Notes: a model not told the origin generated them from the letters alone. DNA of 63,011 bases from Chiloscyllium plagiosum (GCF_004010195.1 NC_057719.1:6548546-6611556); one strand, 5' to 3'; shown: positions 1-13,320, numbered from the stretch's first letter. Numbers and translations are program-made.

Positions 1-340
1 GTATAAGATGATTAGGGGGTTAGATAGGGTTGACAGTGTGAACCTTTTCCCGCGTATGGAGTCGGGTATTACAAGGGGGCATAGCTTTAAATTAAGGGGG
101 GGTAGATATAGGACTGAAGTTAGGGGTAGGTTCTTCACTCAGCGAGTCTTAAGTTCATGGAATGCCCTGCCAGTAGCAGTGGTGGACTCTCCCTCTTTAT
201 GGGCATTTAAGCGGGCATTGGATAGGTATATGGAGGATAGTGGGTTAGTATAGGTTAGGTAGGCTTGGATCGGCGCAACATCGAGGGCCAAAGGGCCTGT
301 ACTGCGCTGTATTCTTCTATGTTCTATGTTCTATGTTCTA
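1..340 (+). mobile_element. CR1 LINE 3' end with (TTCTATG)n tail
   Basis: ORF 8..253 is a CR1 ORF2 C-terminus (TRGHSFKL...FFTQRV...WNALP), followed by a 3' UTR and tandem tail. Confidence 0.9.
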
Positions 341-557
341 TAACTGCCAGACTGGGTCTGGGACAGATGATGAAAGAATCAACAAGAGGAAAAAACATAC
401 TCAACCTCATCCTTACCAATCTGCTGGCTGTAGACGCATTTCTATGTTCTATGTTCTATAACTGCCAGACTGGGTCTGGGACAGATGATGAAAGAATCAA
501 CAAGAGGAAAAAACATACTCAACCTCATCCTTACCAATCTGCTGGCTGTAGACGCAT
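322..557 (+). repeat. Perfect 118-bp tandem duplication (322-439 / 440-557)
   Basis: Direct comparison shows identical copies. Confidence 0.95.
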
Positions 558-735
558 GACAGCATCAGTAAAAGTGACCACCGCATTGTCCTGGTGGAGA
601 CGAAGTCCGGCTTTCACATTGAGAATACCCTCCATTGTGCTGTGTGGCACTATCACCATGCTAAATGCGACAGACTTGAACTGATCTAGCAGCTCAAGAC
701 TGGGCATCCATGAGGTGCTGTGGGCCATCAACAGC
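341..735 (+). mobile_element. L2/CR1-group LINE fragment, C-terminal part of the APE endonuclease
   Basis: TRGKNILNLILTN...SDH-type motifs of LINE endonucleases. Confidence 0.7.
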
Positions 736-1425
736 TCCTTGAAAGTGGAGTCGCAGGTAGATAGGATAGTGAAGAAGGCTTTTGGTATGCTTTCCTTTAT
801 TGGTCAGAGCATTGAGTATAGGAGTTGAGAAGTCACGTTGCGGCTGTACAGGACATTGGTTAGGCCTTTGTTGGAATATTGTGTGCAATTCTGGTCACTC
901 TCCTATTGGAAGGATGTTATGAAACTTGAAAGGGTTCAGAAAAGATTTACAAGGGTGTTGCCAGGGTTGGAGGGTTTGAGCTACAGGGAGAGGCTGAACA
1001 GGCTGGGACTGTTTTCTATGGAGCATCAGAGGCTGAGGGATGACCTTACAGAGGTTTATAAGATCATGAGGGACATGGATAGCGTAAATTGACAAGGTCT
1101 TTTCCCTGGGGTGGGGGTAGTCCAGAACTAGAGGGCATAGGTTTAGGGTAAGATGGGAAAGATTTGAAAGGGACTTAAGGGACCATTTTTTCACAAAGTG
1201 TGGTGCGTATATGGAATGAGCTGCCAGAGGAAGTGGTGGAGGCTGGTACAATTGCAACATTTAAAAGGCATCTGAATGGGTATATGAATAGGAAGGGTTT
1301 GGAGGGATATGGGCCAAGTGCTGGCAAATGAGACAAGATTAAATTAGAATATCTGGTCAGCATGGATGAGTTGGACTGAAGGATCTGTTTCCATGCTGTA
1401 CATCTCTTTGATTCTATAACTCTTT
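735..1425 (+). mobile_element. CR1 LINE, RT C-terminus to 3' end
   Basis: LYRTLVRPLLEYCVQFWS...LERVQKRFTR...LNRLGLFS followed by a shark CR1 3' UTR. Confidence 0.92.
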
Positions 1426-1524
1426 GACATCTGAAGATAATTTTTGGGACTTGAGCCTGGTTCCTCTGCTCCAGAGGTAAGAAGACTACCACTATACCAC
1501 AAAAGCCCATGGGACATCTGAAAA

Positions 1525-2150
1525 CGGGTGATTCTAAAGTATCAGTAGGTGCAGCAAACCATTAGGAAGATATGTTGTCTTTTGTTGGAAGAAGATTTGA
1601 GTACAGGAGTAGAAATACCTTAGTTCAATTCATTTGTGAGAGCATGTCTGGAGTATTGTGTGGAGCTTTGGTCCTGTCACCCAAGGAAGAATAGGGCTAC
1701 CATACAGGGTGTGCTGCAGAGGATCAGCAGACTGCTCCTTGGGATAATCGGACTGTCCTCGGAGGAGAGATTGAGGAGGTTGGATTTTTATTCTCTGGAG
1801 TTTAGCAGAATGAGAAGTGAAACTATAAAAGGTCTAGTCAAGGTGGATATGGAAAGGATGCTTTCCCTAGCTCAGTGTGGTGTGGACCGGAATCAGAAAC
1901 ACGTTGTCAGAACAATAAGGAATAGGTCATTCAGGACTGAGGTGAGGAGTTCTCTATTTAGAGATAGGTAGGTCTTTGGAATTCCTTATCTCAAATGGCT
2001 TCGACACTGAGCAGGTCCAAGACAGAGATCAATCAATGTCTCGATACTGACAGCATCAATGGAGAAAGGGCTATCACAGGAACATGGCATTTAGCCAGGA
2101 TCAAGAATGGTGGAACACAATTTGAAGGGCTGAGTGACCTACCGCTACAT
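1525..2150 (+). mobile_element. Old diverged CR1 3' fragment
   Basis: ORF 1636..1971 LEYCVELWS...EERLRRLDFYSLEFSR. Confidence 0.8.
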
Positions 2151-3189
2151 TCCTCTCTCTTTCTCTATTTGAAGATCATCAGTTGGCCTGTCTTGCTCTG
2201 AATTGGCAGCTTCTATAGCTATGTTCTGCAGTTCAATCTCATCCTCACACTCTGTGCAAATGGAAAGACGTGTGAGCTTCGAGAAAGAGCTGTTAACTTA
2301 ATGAATGTTGGCCAGCGATCCGCACAACAAGCCTTTCTGTTCAGTTGGTCATTGTGCACCAAATAAACAGCTGTCTCTGAGCCTTAGTGAATAAAATCTT
2401 TTTTATTCGCTGTGACAATTCATCCATTTAGCTTGGAATTTAACATTTAATTTACCTGTCAGTCAGTGACAAATTTTTTTCATGTGTTTTATCATTTATG
2501 ATTTAAGTTATGAAACTTCTTAAGATTGATGGTTTGTTTCCAAAATTTCACTCATCCCACTGCTTAAACAAGGATCATTGGAAAACTACAGCACCTTTTC
2601 TCCTGACTTCACTTTCTTGCTCTACCCCGCGATTGTCTAACAACCTATTGATCTTAATCTTAACTACATTCACGGACAGAACATCTACAGGTCTCTGGGT
2701 AGTGTTTTCCAATAACTCACAACTCTTCAAGTGAAATTTCTCCCCACTGCAGCTCTTATCCTTTACCTTGTCCACTAGGTTTAGACTCTATCTAGGGGTA
2801 AACCAGCTTCTCACCATCTAACCCATCAGGTCATTCAATAATTTTAGACCTTACAATCAATGTGATCCCAAAGTGGATTTGGTGCGGACTTCCAGGACTT
2901 TTGTTTAAGGAACAGGGATATACTCCCAAGTCAGGATGATGGGTGGTTTGGTGTGAAGCCAGCAGATGGTGGTGTATCTTGCTGCTTTTGTCCTTCGGAA
3001 CGATGAAAGTCTTGTGTTTGAGAAATGCGTTGGTGCCCTAAATTGTAGGGAGCACATGTTTACGGAGGTGGGGGTGCTGCCAATGAAGCAGGCTGCTTTG
3101 CTCCAGATGGTCTCCATTCTTCAGTGTTTTTGAAGCTGCAATCCATCCAGGCAAGTGGACCGTATTCCATCACACTCACCAGACTTGGG

Positions 3190-3345
3190 TCTTTGTCTTC
3201 ACAACAATGCTTCTATAGGAACTTCTATATCCACCAGAGACAGCAGACAGGGTGAACACCTCACACAGAAAGATGAAGCCTCTGACAGTGCAGCATTCCC
3301 CTAGCACTGCACAGGAAACATCAGCTTGGATCTGCTCAGTCTTTA
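3190..3345 (-). mobile_element. Deu-domain SINE fragment (SacSINE1-like)
   Basis: Reverse complement resembles the Deu core gggaatgctgcactgtcagagg... Confidence 0.6.
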
Positions 3346-3439
3346 GTTGCCCACCTCTAATTGCCAGCAACTCAGACAGCAATTCCTGGACAGGCATAAC
3401 CACACTGGCATCAAACGTTGGCCCACACCAGTGTAAAGA

Positions 3440-3660
3440 CAGTAGATTCCTTCAAGGGTATCTGTGAACCCACTGGGTTGTCACAACAACTGATGATAGT
3501 TTCATGGTCACTATTACTGAGACTAACTTTGAATTCCAGATTTTTAAAAAAATACTTGAAATTAAATTCCAGCAGCTGTGATGGGATTCAAACTCCCCTC
3601 CCCAGATCATTAATCCTCTGGATTACCCGCCCAATGATGCTACCACAGTGTCACCATATC
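3440..3660 (-). mobile_element. tRNA-headed SINE with L2-like tail (host SINE family)
   Basis: Same family as 12575-13150, 25215-25995, 54130-54460 and 59140-59465. Confidence 0.6.
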
Positions 3661-4359
3661 CCCTACCATGTTCTAGACACTGGATTGGGGCCTGACTCAG
3701 AGATACCACCAGGTCAAGACTGGCATCTGATTTAAAATCAGAAAACATTACCCCAATATGTCATGCTCTGTATTTCCTCTATATGACATATTCTGAATAT
3801 AAAACTGGGGAAATTAATGATTCTCTTAAAGAAACTTTGCCAATAACCTCCCCCTCTCTTTTATCTGCCAGGAAGCTACTGAACAGAACTCCCAGAATAT
3901 CTGACAATTCCGTCATGAGCTGTTATCTCCTGCAGACATTAAAGCGTTCTAATGATCAGGTACCGGAGACAATACAAACTGACATCTCCGTTCACCTCAG
4001 CTCAGAGTGACACTTAGAGGAGCTGTGCTGACAGATAAGCACAAGAATCTGCTACCTATGGTGGGACAGCTATATTAATTGCAAAAATAAGTTTCCACTT
4101 GTTCAGTGGGGGACTGTGAGCTCATCCTCATTTAATCAAACATTTAGAAGGTTACTTTTAAAGAGAACATCCCCTGCATACAATCACTATTAGAACTATA
4201 ACTAAAAAGCATTAGTTCAGATTTTTAAAAAGAATTTTTATGCTAAAAGTTATATCCAGCCAACATATGCCAGTGTTTACTCTCCAGCGGAGACACCTCC
4301 CACTCAATTTTGTCTCATTTCATCAACAAATCTTTCTATTAATTTATTCCTCATAAGAA

Positions 4360-5460
4360 ACAGGAACAGGAAGAGGCTGTTCGACCTCTCAAGCCTTCTT
4401 CACCATTCGTTAGGATCACAGTTGACTGGAAATTCCCCTGTCCGCTTTCCCCGTAACCCTTGATACCCTGACTGATTAAGAAGCTATCTCAGCCTGAAAG
4501 ACACACACCTCTTTGTGGCAAGGAGTTCCAAAGACTCATAACTCTCTGACAGAAGAAATTCCTTCTCATCTCAGTCTGAAATTGGTGCTCTTTTGTTTTG
4601 AGACTGCAGGTTGGGGACGTAGCTTTAAATTGAGGGGTGATAGACATAGGACAGATGTCAGAGGTAGTTTATTTACACAGAGAGTAGTAGGGGCATGGAA
4701 TGCACAGCCTGCAACAGTAGTAGATTCACTAACTTTAAGGGCATTCCAACAAAATGGTCACTGGACAGGCAGATGGATGTGAATGGAATAGTGTAGGATA
4801 GATGGGCTTCAGATTGGTTCCACAGGTCGGCACAATATCGAGGGCTGAAGGGTCGGTAGAACATAGAACATAGACATAGAAAAGTGCAGCACAGAACAGG
4901 CCCTTTGGCCCATGATGTTGTGCCGAGGTTTAAACCTAATGTAAATTATAATAACTTAACCTACGCACCCCTCAACTCATTGCTGTCCATGTGCATGTCC
5001 AGCAGTCGCTTAAATATCCCTAATGACTCTGCTTCCACTGGCAACGCATTCTGCGTAAAGAAGCTACCTCTGACATCTCCTCTGTACCTTTCCCCTAATA
5101 TTTTAAAACTATGACCCCTCGTACCCATCAATCCTGCCCTGAGGAAGAGTCTCTGGCTATTGACACTATCTATTCCTCTCATTATCTTGTATACCTCAAT
5201 CAGATCTCCTCTCTTCCTCCTTCTCTCCAGAGAGAAAAGTCCAAGCTTATTCAACCTTTCTTCATAGGCAAGCCCTCCAGTCCAGGCAGCATCCTGGTAA
5301 ACCTTCTTTGCACCCTCTCCAAAGCCTCTGTATCTTTCCTATAGTAGGGCGACCAGAACTGGACACAATATTCCAAGTGTGGTCTCAACAGGTACTATCC
5401 TGTAATGTTCTAGGTTGAATGTCTCTGGTCCCAGACTCTCCCATGATGGGAAACATCCTA
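4360..5460. mobile_element. Nested CR1 3' ends (- 4360-4610, + 4608-4858, - 4857-5395)
   Basis: ORFs 4513..4782 and 4961..5254 are CR1 ORF2 C-termini, with (TTCTATG)n tails. Confidence 0.8.
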
Positions 5461-5802
5461 TTTTACCCAGTCTATGTTTATGTAGATTCTCCTAAAATAC
5501 AGGTTGCTATACCATTCACCTCAACTACACCCTGTGGCACATCCTAATTACTCTCTGCCTAAAGATCTCTCTCCTGAATTTCTGTCTGTGTTTATTAGTG
5601 ACTACCTTTTATTGATGATTCGTAGTTCTTGAGCTTGTCTCTTCCCCCCCAAAAAAGTCAAAATATTTTCTCCACATTCACCTTTTCAAATATTCTGCAA
5701 TCTTAAAAACTGCTAACAGGTCTCCCCTTGCTCCAAAGTAACCCTTGTTCTAGAGTAAGATATTCAATTGGTCCTGATAACTACAACCATTCTGTTCTAG
5801 TG

Positions 5803-7700
5803 TCATAGAGTCACAGAGATGTACAGCATGGAAACAGACCCTTCGGTCCAACTCACCCATGCCGACCAGATATCCTAAATTAATCTAGTCCCATTTCTCA
5901 GCATTTGGCCCATATTAAAACCCTTCCTATTCATATACCCATCCAGATGTCTCTTAAATTCTGTAATTGTACCAGCCTCCACCAATTCCTCTGGCAGCTC
6001 ATTCCACACACGCACCACTCTCTGCTTGAAAAAGTTTCCCCTTAGGTCCCTTTTACATCTTCCCCCTCTCACCTTAAACCTATGCCCTCTAATTTTGAAT
6101 GGCCCCACACCCCTGGGGAAATTGCCATGTCTATTTACCTATCCATGTCCCTCATGATTTTATAAACCCCAATAAGGTCACCCCTCAGCCTCCAATGATC
6201 CAGCGAAAACAGCCCCAGCCTGTTCAGCCTCTCACTACAGCTCAAACCCTCCAAACCTGGCAACATCCTTGCAAATTATTTCAACCGTTTCAAGTTGCAC
6301 AACATTCTTTCTTAGCAGGGAGACCAGAACTGCACACACTATTCCAATAGTGGCCTAACCAATGTCCATTACAGCCTCAACATGCTCTCTCAACTCCTGT
6401 ACTCAATACTCTGACCAATAAAGGAAAGCATACCAAACGCCTTCTTCACTATCCTATCTACCTGCAACTCCACTTTTAAGGAACTATGAACCTGCACTCC
6501 AAGGTGTTTTTGTTCAGCAACACTCACTAAGACCTTTTCATTAAGTGTATAAGTCCTGCCCTGATTTGCCTTTTCAAAATGCAACACCTCATAGTTATCT
6601 AAATTAAACTCGATCTCCCACTCCTCAGCCCATTGGCCCTTCTGATCAAGAACACATTGAATTCTGAGGTAACCTTCTTCGCTGTCCACGACACCTCCAA
6701 TTTTGGTGTCACCTGCAAACTTACTAACCATACCTCTTATGTTCACATCCAAACCATTTACATAAATGACGAAAAGCAATGGATCCAGCACTGACCCTTG
6801 TGGCACTCCACTGGTCACAGGCCTCCAGTCTGAAAAGCAGCCCTCCACCACCACCCTCTGTCTTCTAACTTTGAGCCAGTTCTATATCCAAATGGCTAGT
6901 TCTCCCTGTATTCCATGAGTTCTAACCTTGCTAGCCAATCTAACATGAGAAACCTTGTCAAATGCCTTATTCAAGTCCATACAGATCACGTCCACTGCTC
7001 CACCCTCATCAGTCCTCTGTTACTTTTTCAAAAAACTCAATCAAGTTTGTGAGACATGATTTCCCACTCACAAAGCCATGTTGATTACCCCTAATCAGTC
7101 CTTGCCTTTCCAAATACATGTAAATCCTGTCCCTCAGGACTCTCTCTAACAATTTGCCCACTGATGTCAGGCTTATTGGTCTCTCGTTCCCTGGCTTGTC
7201 TTTACCGCCCTTCTTAAACAGTGGCACCACATTTGCCAACCTCCAGTCTTCCGCTACCTTACCTGTGACTGTCGATGATACAAATATCTCAGCAAAAGAC
7301 CCAGCAATCACTTCTCTAGCTTCCCACAGAGGTGTAAGGTATACTTGATTAGGCCTTTTCCACTTTTATGCGTTTTAAGACACCTCCTCCTCTGTAATAT
7401 GGACATTTTCCAACATGTCACTATTTACTTCCCCATGTTCTAGATCTTCCATATACATCTTCACAGTAAACACTCATTTAGTACTTCCCCCATTTCCTAT
7501 GGTTCCACACACAGGCTGCCTTGTTGATCTTTAAGGGGCCCTAGTCTCTTTCTAGTTACCCTTTCATCCTTAATGTATTTATAAAATCCCTTTGGATTCT
7601 CCTTAACCTTATTTGCCAAAGCTATCTCATGTCCCCTTTTTGCCCTCCTTATTTCCTTCTTAAGTCCATTCCGACTGCCTTCATACTCTTCTAAGGATCA
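5803..7700 (-). mobile_element. CR1 LINE, about 1.9 kb, degenerate RT to 3' end
   Basis: Minus ORFs give WRLANVVPLFKKG, QHGFVSGKSCLTNLIEFF, SGVPQGSVL, SKFAGDTK, with stops and frameshifts. Confidence 0.93.
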
Positions 7701-8034
7701 CTGCTGTCTCTGGTGTCTCCTCGTGCATTCTTTTAATATAGAGACCACAATTATGCACATTTCTCCAAGTGTGATCTGATCAGAGTTCGCTACAATTGTT
7801 CAAGTTTTGAATTCCATATCACTAAAAATGAAGCCCAACTTGGTTTGCGTTTTTACAGCTTTGTTAACCTGATAATTGAAACCTGTGTCGCCACACTACC
7901 CCTCTTTGTGCTATGGTTCAATCTCCCTCATCGAAAGGTCCTTTTGTCGTTGCTGTCCTTGTTGGAAACTGCCCACTAACTGCTGGAGAGAAAAAAACCT
8001 CAAGGATGGACCGGTCAGTCTTGACAACATCTTA

Positions 8035-8180
8035 GTTTGACATCTCATTCAAATGACAGCACCTCAGCCAATGCAGCATTCCCTCAGTGTTGCACTGGGG
8101 TGTGTTGACCTAAGAATTTTGTGGTCAAACCTCTGGAGTGGAACTTCTGACTGATTGGCCAGAGTGCTACCTACTGAGCT
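8035..8180 (-). mobile_element. Deu-domain SINE fragment (SacSINE1-like)
   Basis: Reverse complement: ctcagtaggtagcactct... cactgagggaatgctgcattggctgaggtgctgtc (tRNA-like head plus Deu core). Confidence 0.7.
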
Positions 8181-8422
8181 GAGTGGGGTCAATTAACTGA
8201 ATGGGACAAGTACTGAAGAGCCTTCTGGAGGAATAGCTTGGTGATGGTCAGTGTCTTCCGTGGGGCTGAGGGGGGGATTTGTGTTTTTTTCGTAAGAAAC
8301 GTCAAATGACCTAGGGTGAACAGTCTGGTAAACTGTAACTGAAATCTGCAGAGACAGCTATACTCAGATCAAAGATGATTGAAGAGACCAAGTGCATGAA
8401 CAGTAGGACAGAATCAACTTAC

Positions 8423-8525
8423 GAAGGCCTTGGGCAGGTACAGAACTCCCAGTTCATATGAGCGGATCATCAGCTGAAAGCCATTCTTTTCGAGAGTTCC
8501 CCAGGCAGCCTTTGACAGATTGGCA
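8423..8525 (-). CDS. TDP1: TDP1 internal coding exon, 103 nt ([34 protein letters not shown])
   Basis: cctcccgtacctcag|TGCCAAT...GCCTTC|gtaagt. It matches human [35 protein letters not shown] and includes the HKN Asn. Confidence 0.97.
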
Positions 8526-9464
8526 CTGAGGTACGGGAGGAAAATAGGAGAACTATCAGTCATGAAACTTCATTAAAATTGTGCTTTTTTATAATTCACT
8601 ACACATCAGTTTACAAAAACTTCACAGACTGTCAAACTCCTTCTGAAAATATGGAAATAAATCTAGTAAGTCCTTTTCTGGTTTATCTTTGCAGACATCA
8701 TTGACACGTCTTTGATGTATTAATATATTTAAAATCTACATCAGTTGTAGATCCTGTCTATGCCGTCTCACTCCAGGTTGTTACACCTTACGTAACAAAC
8801 TTTTTCCACCAATGACCTCCATGTCAATGTGAATAATGAAGAGTTTTCCTGTAAGGTGACCACATGACAGTGCAATCTGGTACATTATGTTCCAACCATT
8901 CTCTCAGAATCACAGAATGTTAGAGCACAGGAGTAGACCATTTTGCCCATTATGATGATAGATGGTTCGCTGAAGGAGCCAACCAATTAGTTCCACTCTG
9001 CTCCTGTCCTTTTCCAATTATACCCCCGCAGTTGAGGCCAAAACACCGAATGCTTAAAGAAGGAGTTAGATGTAGTTCTTGGGGCTAAGGGGATCTTCTG
9101 CAAGGAATCCTCAGACAACAGCATTCAAGGTGGTCCCAGGTGGTTTCTCTCCCACAGTGGGGCCTTTCATTTTCAGGGAACGAGCCAGACTGTTCTGCTC
9201 TGCATTCTGCCCAAAACCTCAGGGGGCCTGAGCAACCAGGACCAGGCCCAGTGCACAAGGTAGGAGCTGATCAGAGATCTGAATGCGAGGCCATAGAATA
9301 TAGGAGCAGGAATTGGCCATTCATCGTCCCAAGCCTGTTCCACCATTCAATATAGTCATAAAAATGACCTTCCTCCTCAACACTGCTCTCCATCCATTCC
9401 CCATATCCATTAATTCTATTTGAGTCTGTAAAATCTTTTGGCCTTCACTCTTTAATGTAGAGTT

Positions 9465-9735
9465 GCTACAGTGCAGAAAGAGGCCAGTCAACCCGTTGAG
9501 TCTGCACTGACCCTCTGCAAGGCATCCCACCCAGTCATCTCCATAGCCTGCGTGGGTTTTTTTTTTACCATGACCAATCCACCTAACCTGCACATGTTTG
9601 GACTGTGGAGCACCCAGAGGAAAACCACTCAGACACAGGGAGAATATGCAAACTCCACACAGACAGGTGCCTGAGGCTGGAAGTGAACCAGGTCCCTGGC
9701 ACTGTGAGGCAACAGTGCTAACCACTGAGCCACCC
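9465..9735 (-). mobile_element. HE1-type V-SINE
   Basis: tRNA head ggtggctcagtggttagcact, V-domain tgtctgtgtggagtttgca, CR1-like tail. Confidence 0.88.
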
Positions 9736-10654
9736 CATGTTTACTTCAATACAAGGAATGGATCAACACTCTATTGTTGAGTGCACATGAGGCCAGGACC
9801 TTGCTGTTAATAACAAGACATTTCCAATTATCGCAGCAGACAAAGGAATAAATGATATCTCAAAGTAATTTGAACACTAATAATTAAAGACTCTCAATAT
9901 GAGATCACCTTTCAGAAATCAAAACCAATTACAAAATGTGATGATTCACTCCAGCATACTCGTGTTTTGTTAATGTCCTTGAGCAAGGCTATGTTAAAGT
10001 AGGATGAGGCAAAGTGACATTTCACAATGACTTGTTATGATCCAGAATGCATTTTGTGCTCACACAGAAGAAACAAATTCAATAGTAACTTTAAAAAAAA
10101 ATACTTGAAAAGGAAAGATTTGCAGAGCTCTGGGTAAAGAACATGGGATAGGACTAATCGAAAAACTCTAAAAGAGCCAGCACCAATGTGATGGGTCAGG
10201 TGGCCCCTGTCTGCATTATTGTAGTCGATAAATAAATAAATACCACTACAATCTTTGTCCATGACATAAGTGGCAATTATGTCAAATTGCATACATTTAA
10301 AAGAGCTAGCACCAACGTGATGGGTCAAATGGCTTCCTTCTGCATCACTGCAGCAACGAAATAAATAATATTACAATCTTTGTCCATGATATCAATTTGC
10401 ACACACAAAAGTCTGAAAAATATCAACATGAGAACAGCTGAGGGACAAATATCAGCTCATCTTTAAAACAGTGCCCCTGGGAAGGCAGGTAGGGCTTTAG
10501 TTTAAGCTCTTGTCTGTTGATCAGTCTGTTGTAACATTTAAAAGTTATGTTTGGTTATCTCCTGTCTTCATCCTTGAAATGAAATTTTGAAATGGCTGCT
10601 ATTTTAAAAATCTTTCTTTGAACCAATTTGGCCAAGAAGAATATGTTTGGTTAA

Positions 10655-11270
10655 GACAACAGAACACACCAAGAACAAAAATAGGCCATTCAGCCCATTG
10701 AGTATGCTCCACCATTCAATGATGTCATGGTTATCCAATCATCTCCAACTCCACTTTCTTACTTTTCCCTCCTAACCCGTGGTTCCCTGATTAAACTTTT
10801 GTCTGTCTCAGCCTTAGTGACTGAGCCTCACCAGCCCTCTGTGGTAAAGAATTCCACAGATTCACTCCCCTTTGAGGCAAGAAATTCCTCCTCAACTCTA
10901 TTTTAAATGTACAACTTCTTACTCTGAAATTGTGCCCTCTGATCTTGGACTCTCCCATGAAGGAACGCAATCTTCCCACATCTACTCTGTCAAGTCTCCG
11001 GAGAATCTCCTGCTTTTCAATAAGGACGCCTCTTACCCCTCTACATTCCAATGAATGCAGGCCCAATCTATTCAACATCTCCTCACGAGACAGTCCCTCC
11101 ATACCTGGCATCGGCCCAGTGAACCTTCTCTGAACTGCCTTCAATGCCACTGTATCTTTCCTTAGATGAAGGACCACAATGGCTTGCAGTATTCCAGTTG
11201 TGGTCTGACCAGTCTCTGGTATAATTTCAGCAAAACTTGTCTTCTTTTATGTTTCATTCCCCTTGAAATA
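10655..11270 (-). mobile_element. CR1 3' fragment
   Basis: ORF 10791..11177 ALKAVQRRFT...LNRLGLHSLE...NLWNSLPQ. Confidence 0.88.
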
Positions 11271-11399
11271 AAATTAACTTAGATTACGGATGAGAAAAGA
11301 GCTCAACTCATTGGCAGATACCTTTCAGGTGTATGAAGAACTGATCTGCATTTATAGGATGCCTTTCAAATCATCAGTAAGTTGATACACTACCTCAGC

Positions 11400-11720
11400 A
11401 ATGCCGCTATTGCTGCCATAGCAAATAGTGACAGCAAAGTTTCAGAGATATCAAGGAGAGAAACCAGATGATCAAGGTTAGTCGAAAGATAAATATTACC
11501 CAATATCAGCCGATAGATTTCCTCTGCCCATTCTTCAAAATACTGCCAGATATTTTACTTCCTCATGAGGCCTTACCCAGAAAAAACACCTCAGGCAGTG
11601 TTGCATTCCCTCAGCACTGCACTCCACAGCTACAGCCTGCATTGCATATTCAAGTCTTCAGAGTGAGGTTCGAAGCCTTGGCTTCTCCTAGCAACGTGCC
11701 ACTGATTGAGCCTGCAGCTG
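11400..11720 (-). mobile_element. Deu-domain SINE (degraded)
   Basis: cattccctcagcactgcact... matches the other Deu-SINE copies in the window. Confidence 0.6.
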
Positions 11721-12044
11721 ACACAGTGTTAACTCTCCCTTTACAATAACTGAACGGTGAGGGCATGAGACCATCTGCACCATCAGGACTAGTCCAACGT
11801 TCAATAAGACCATAGCTGTTCTGCTTGTGATCCTGTTTTCCCCATCCAAAACCTGGAACTACCTTTTCTATTGAAAATCTAACCAACTTAAACACCCAGC
11901 TTTCACCAGTTTCTGGGCAAGAGGCGTCACAGACGAACAACCCTCAGAGAGAGAAAAAAAAAATCTCCTCCTCTCTGTCATAAACAACCTCTTATTTTAA
12001 TCTGTGTCCCCTATTTCTAGTCTCCCCAAAAAGAGAAAACATTG

Positions 12045-12550
12045 CCACATTACCAGAAGGATGTGGAGGCTTTGGAGAAGGTACAGGTATAGTTTACCAG
12101 CATGTTGCCTGGTTTGGAGGTTAGTAGCTACGTGGAGATATTGAACAAATTTGGTTTGTTTCTACTTGAACATTGGAGGCTGAGGAGCAACCTGATTTAC
12201 AGAATTATGAGGCACGAACAGTATGGATAGTCAGAGACTTTTTCCCAGGATAGAAGTGTCAATTTCTAAGGAACAGAGGCTTGCAGTAAAAGGGGGTAAG
12301 TTTAAAGATGATGTGAGAGGCACGTTTTTTTCCACAGAGTGTGATAATTGCCTGGAGTGTGCTGCCAGAGTGGTGGTGGAGGTAGATACAACAGTAAAGT
12401 TTAAGGTCTGTTTTGATAGATAAATGAATGGGTAGGGAATAGAGGGATGCAGATGGCCTAGAGGCAAAATATATTTAATTTATAAAGGCAGCATGTCATC
12501 ACAGTCTTGGTGGGCCGAACGGCCTATTCCTTTGCTGCACTGTTTTTTTC
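12045..12550 (+). mobile_element. CR1 3' fragment
   Basis: ALEKVQ...FTSMLPGLE, followed by ORF 12223..12423. Confidence 0.85.
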
Positions 12551-12574
12551 TATCCTTCCACCATCTACTAAGTG

Positions 12575-13150
12575 AATGGGTTTGAAGCCCCCATGGCAGA
12601 TGGTGACATGTGAATCAATGAAAATATGGAATTAAGAGCTAACAGTGACCATTTAACCATTGTCAATTGTTGCAAGCATTCATCTGGTTCACTAATGTTC
12701 TTTAGATAAGGAAATCCCTGGCTCAGTAGTTAGCACTGCTGCCTCAGTGCCAGGGACCCAGATTCAGTTCCAGCCTTGGAACACGGTGTACAGTTTTCAC
12801 GATCCCCGTGTCTGTGTTTCATCCCCCAGTCCAAAGATATGCAGGTTAGGTGGATTGGCCATAAATTTCCCCACAGGGTCCAGGGGTGTGCAGGATAGAT
12901 GGACTAGCCATGGGAAATGCAGGGATATAGGGATAAGTTAGGAGACTCTGTGTAAAATGCTATTCATAGGGTTGGTGCAGCTCCCTTGGGTCAAATGGCC
13001 TCTTCTTGCACTGTAGGGATTCTATGAAATCTGTCACCCTTATCCTGTCTAGCCTACATGTGACTCCACACCTACTGTAATGCAGTTCAAATGGCAATTC
13101 AAGTTGGGCAAAAATGTTGGCTCATCCAGGGACACCAACATCACGTGAAC
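12575..13150 (+). mobile_element. Host tRNA/L2-tail SINE interrupted by an HE1 SINE (12719-13027)
   Basis: Host sequence resumes after the HE1 copy, with TSD gaaatc at 12711-12716 and 13026-13031. Confidence 0.8.
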
Positions 13151-13320
13151 AAATGTTTAAAGATCCATCACATCACAGTCCTGCCAAAGTGGACCAAGTT
13201 CACATTCACCCACATTATACTCACCTCCCTACTTACCCAGCCCATCCATATCACTTTACACATCCTCTTGACAACTTACCTGCTTGCCCATTGACGCCAT
13301 CTGCAGATTAGATTTTTTCC

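Noticed and set aside
2905..2945. IPVP on the minus strand as the TDP1 FPVPYDLPP exon
   Set aside because: It is followed immediately by a stop and lies in an L2-like LINE end. The true downstream exons were not found in 1-8422.
3872..3959. Plus-strand AG...GT exon-like segment within ORF 3783..4010
   Set aside because: No recognisable homology, a weak donor and no linked exons.
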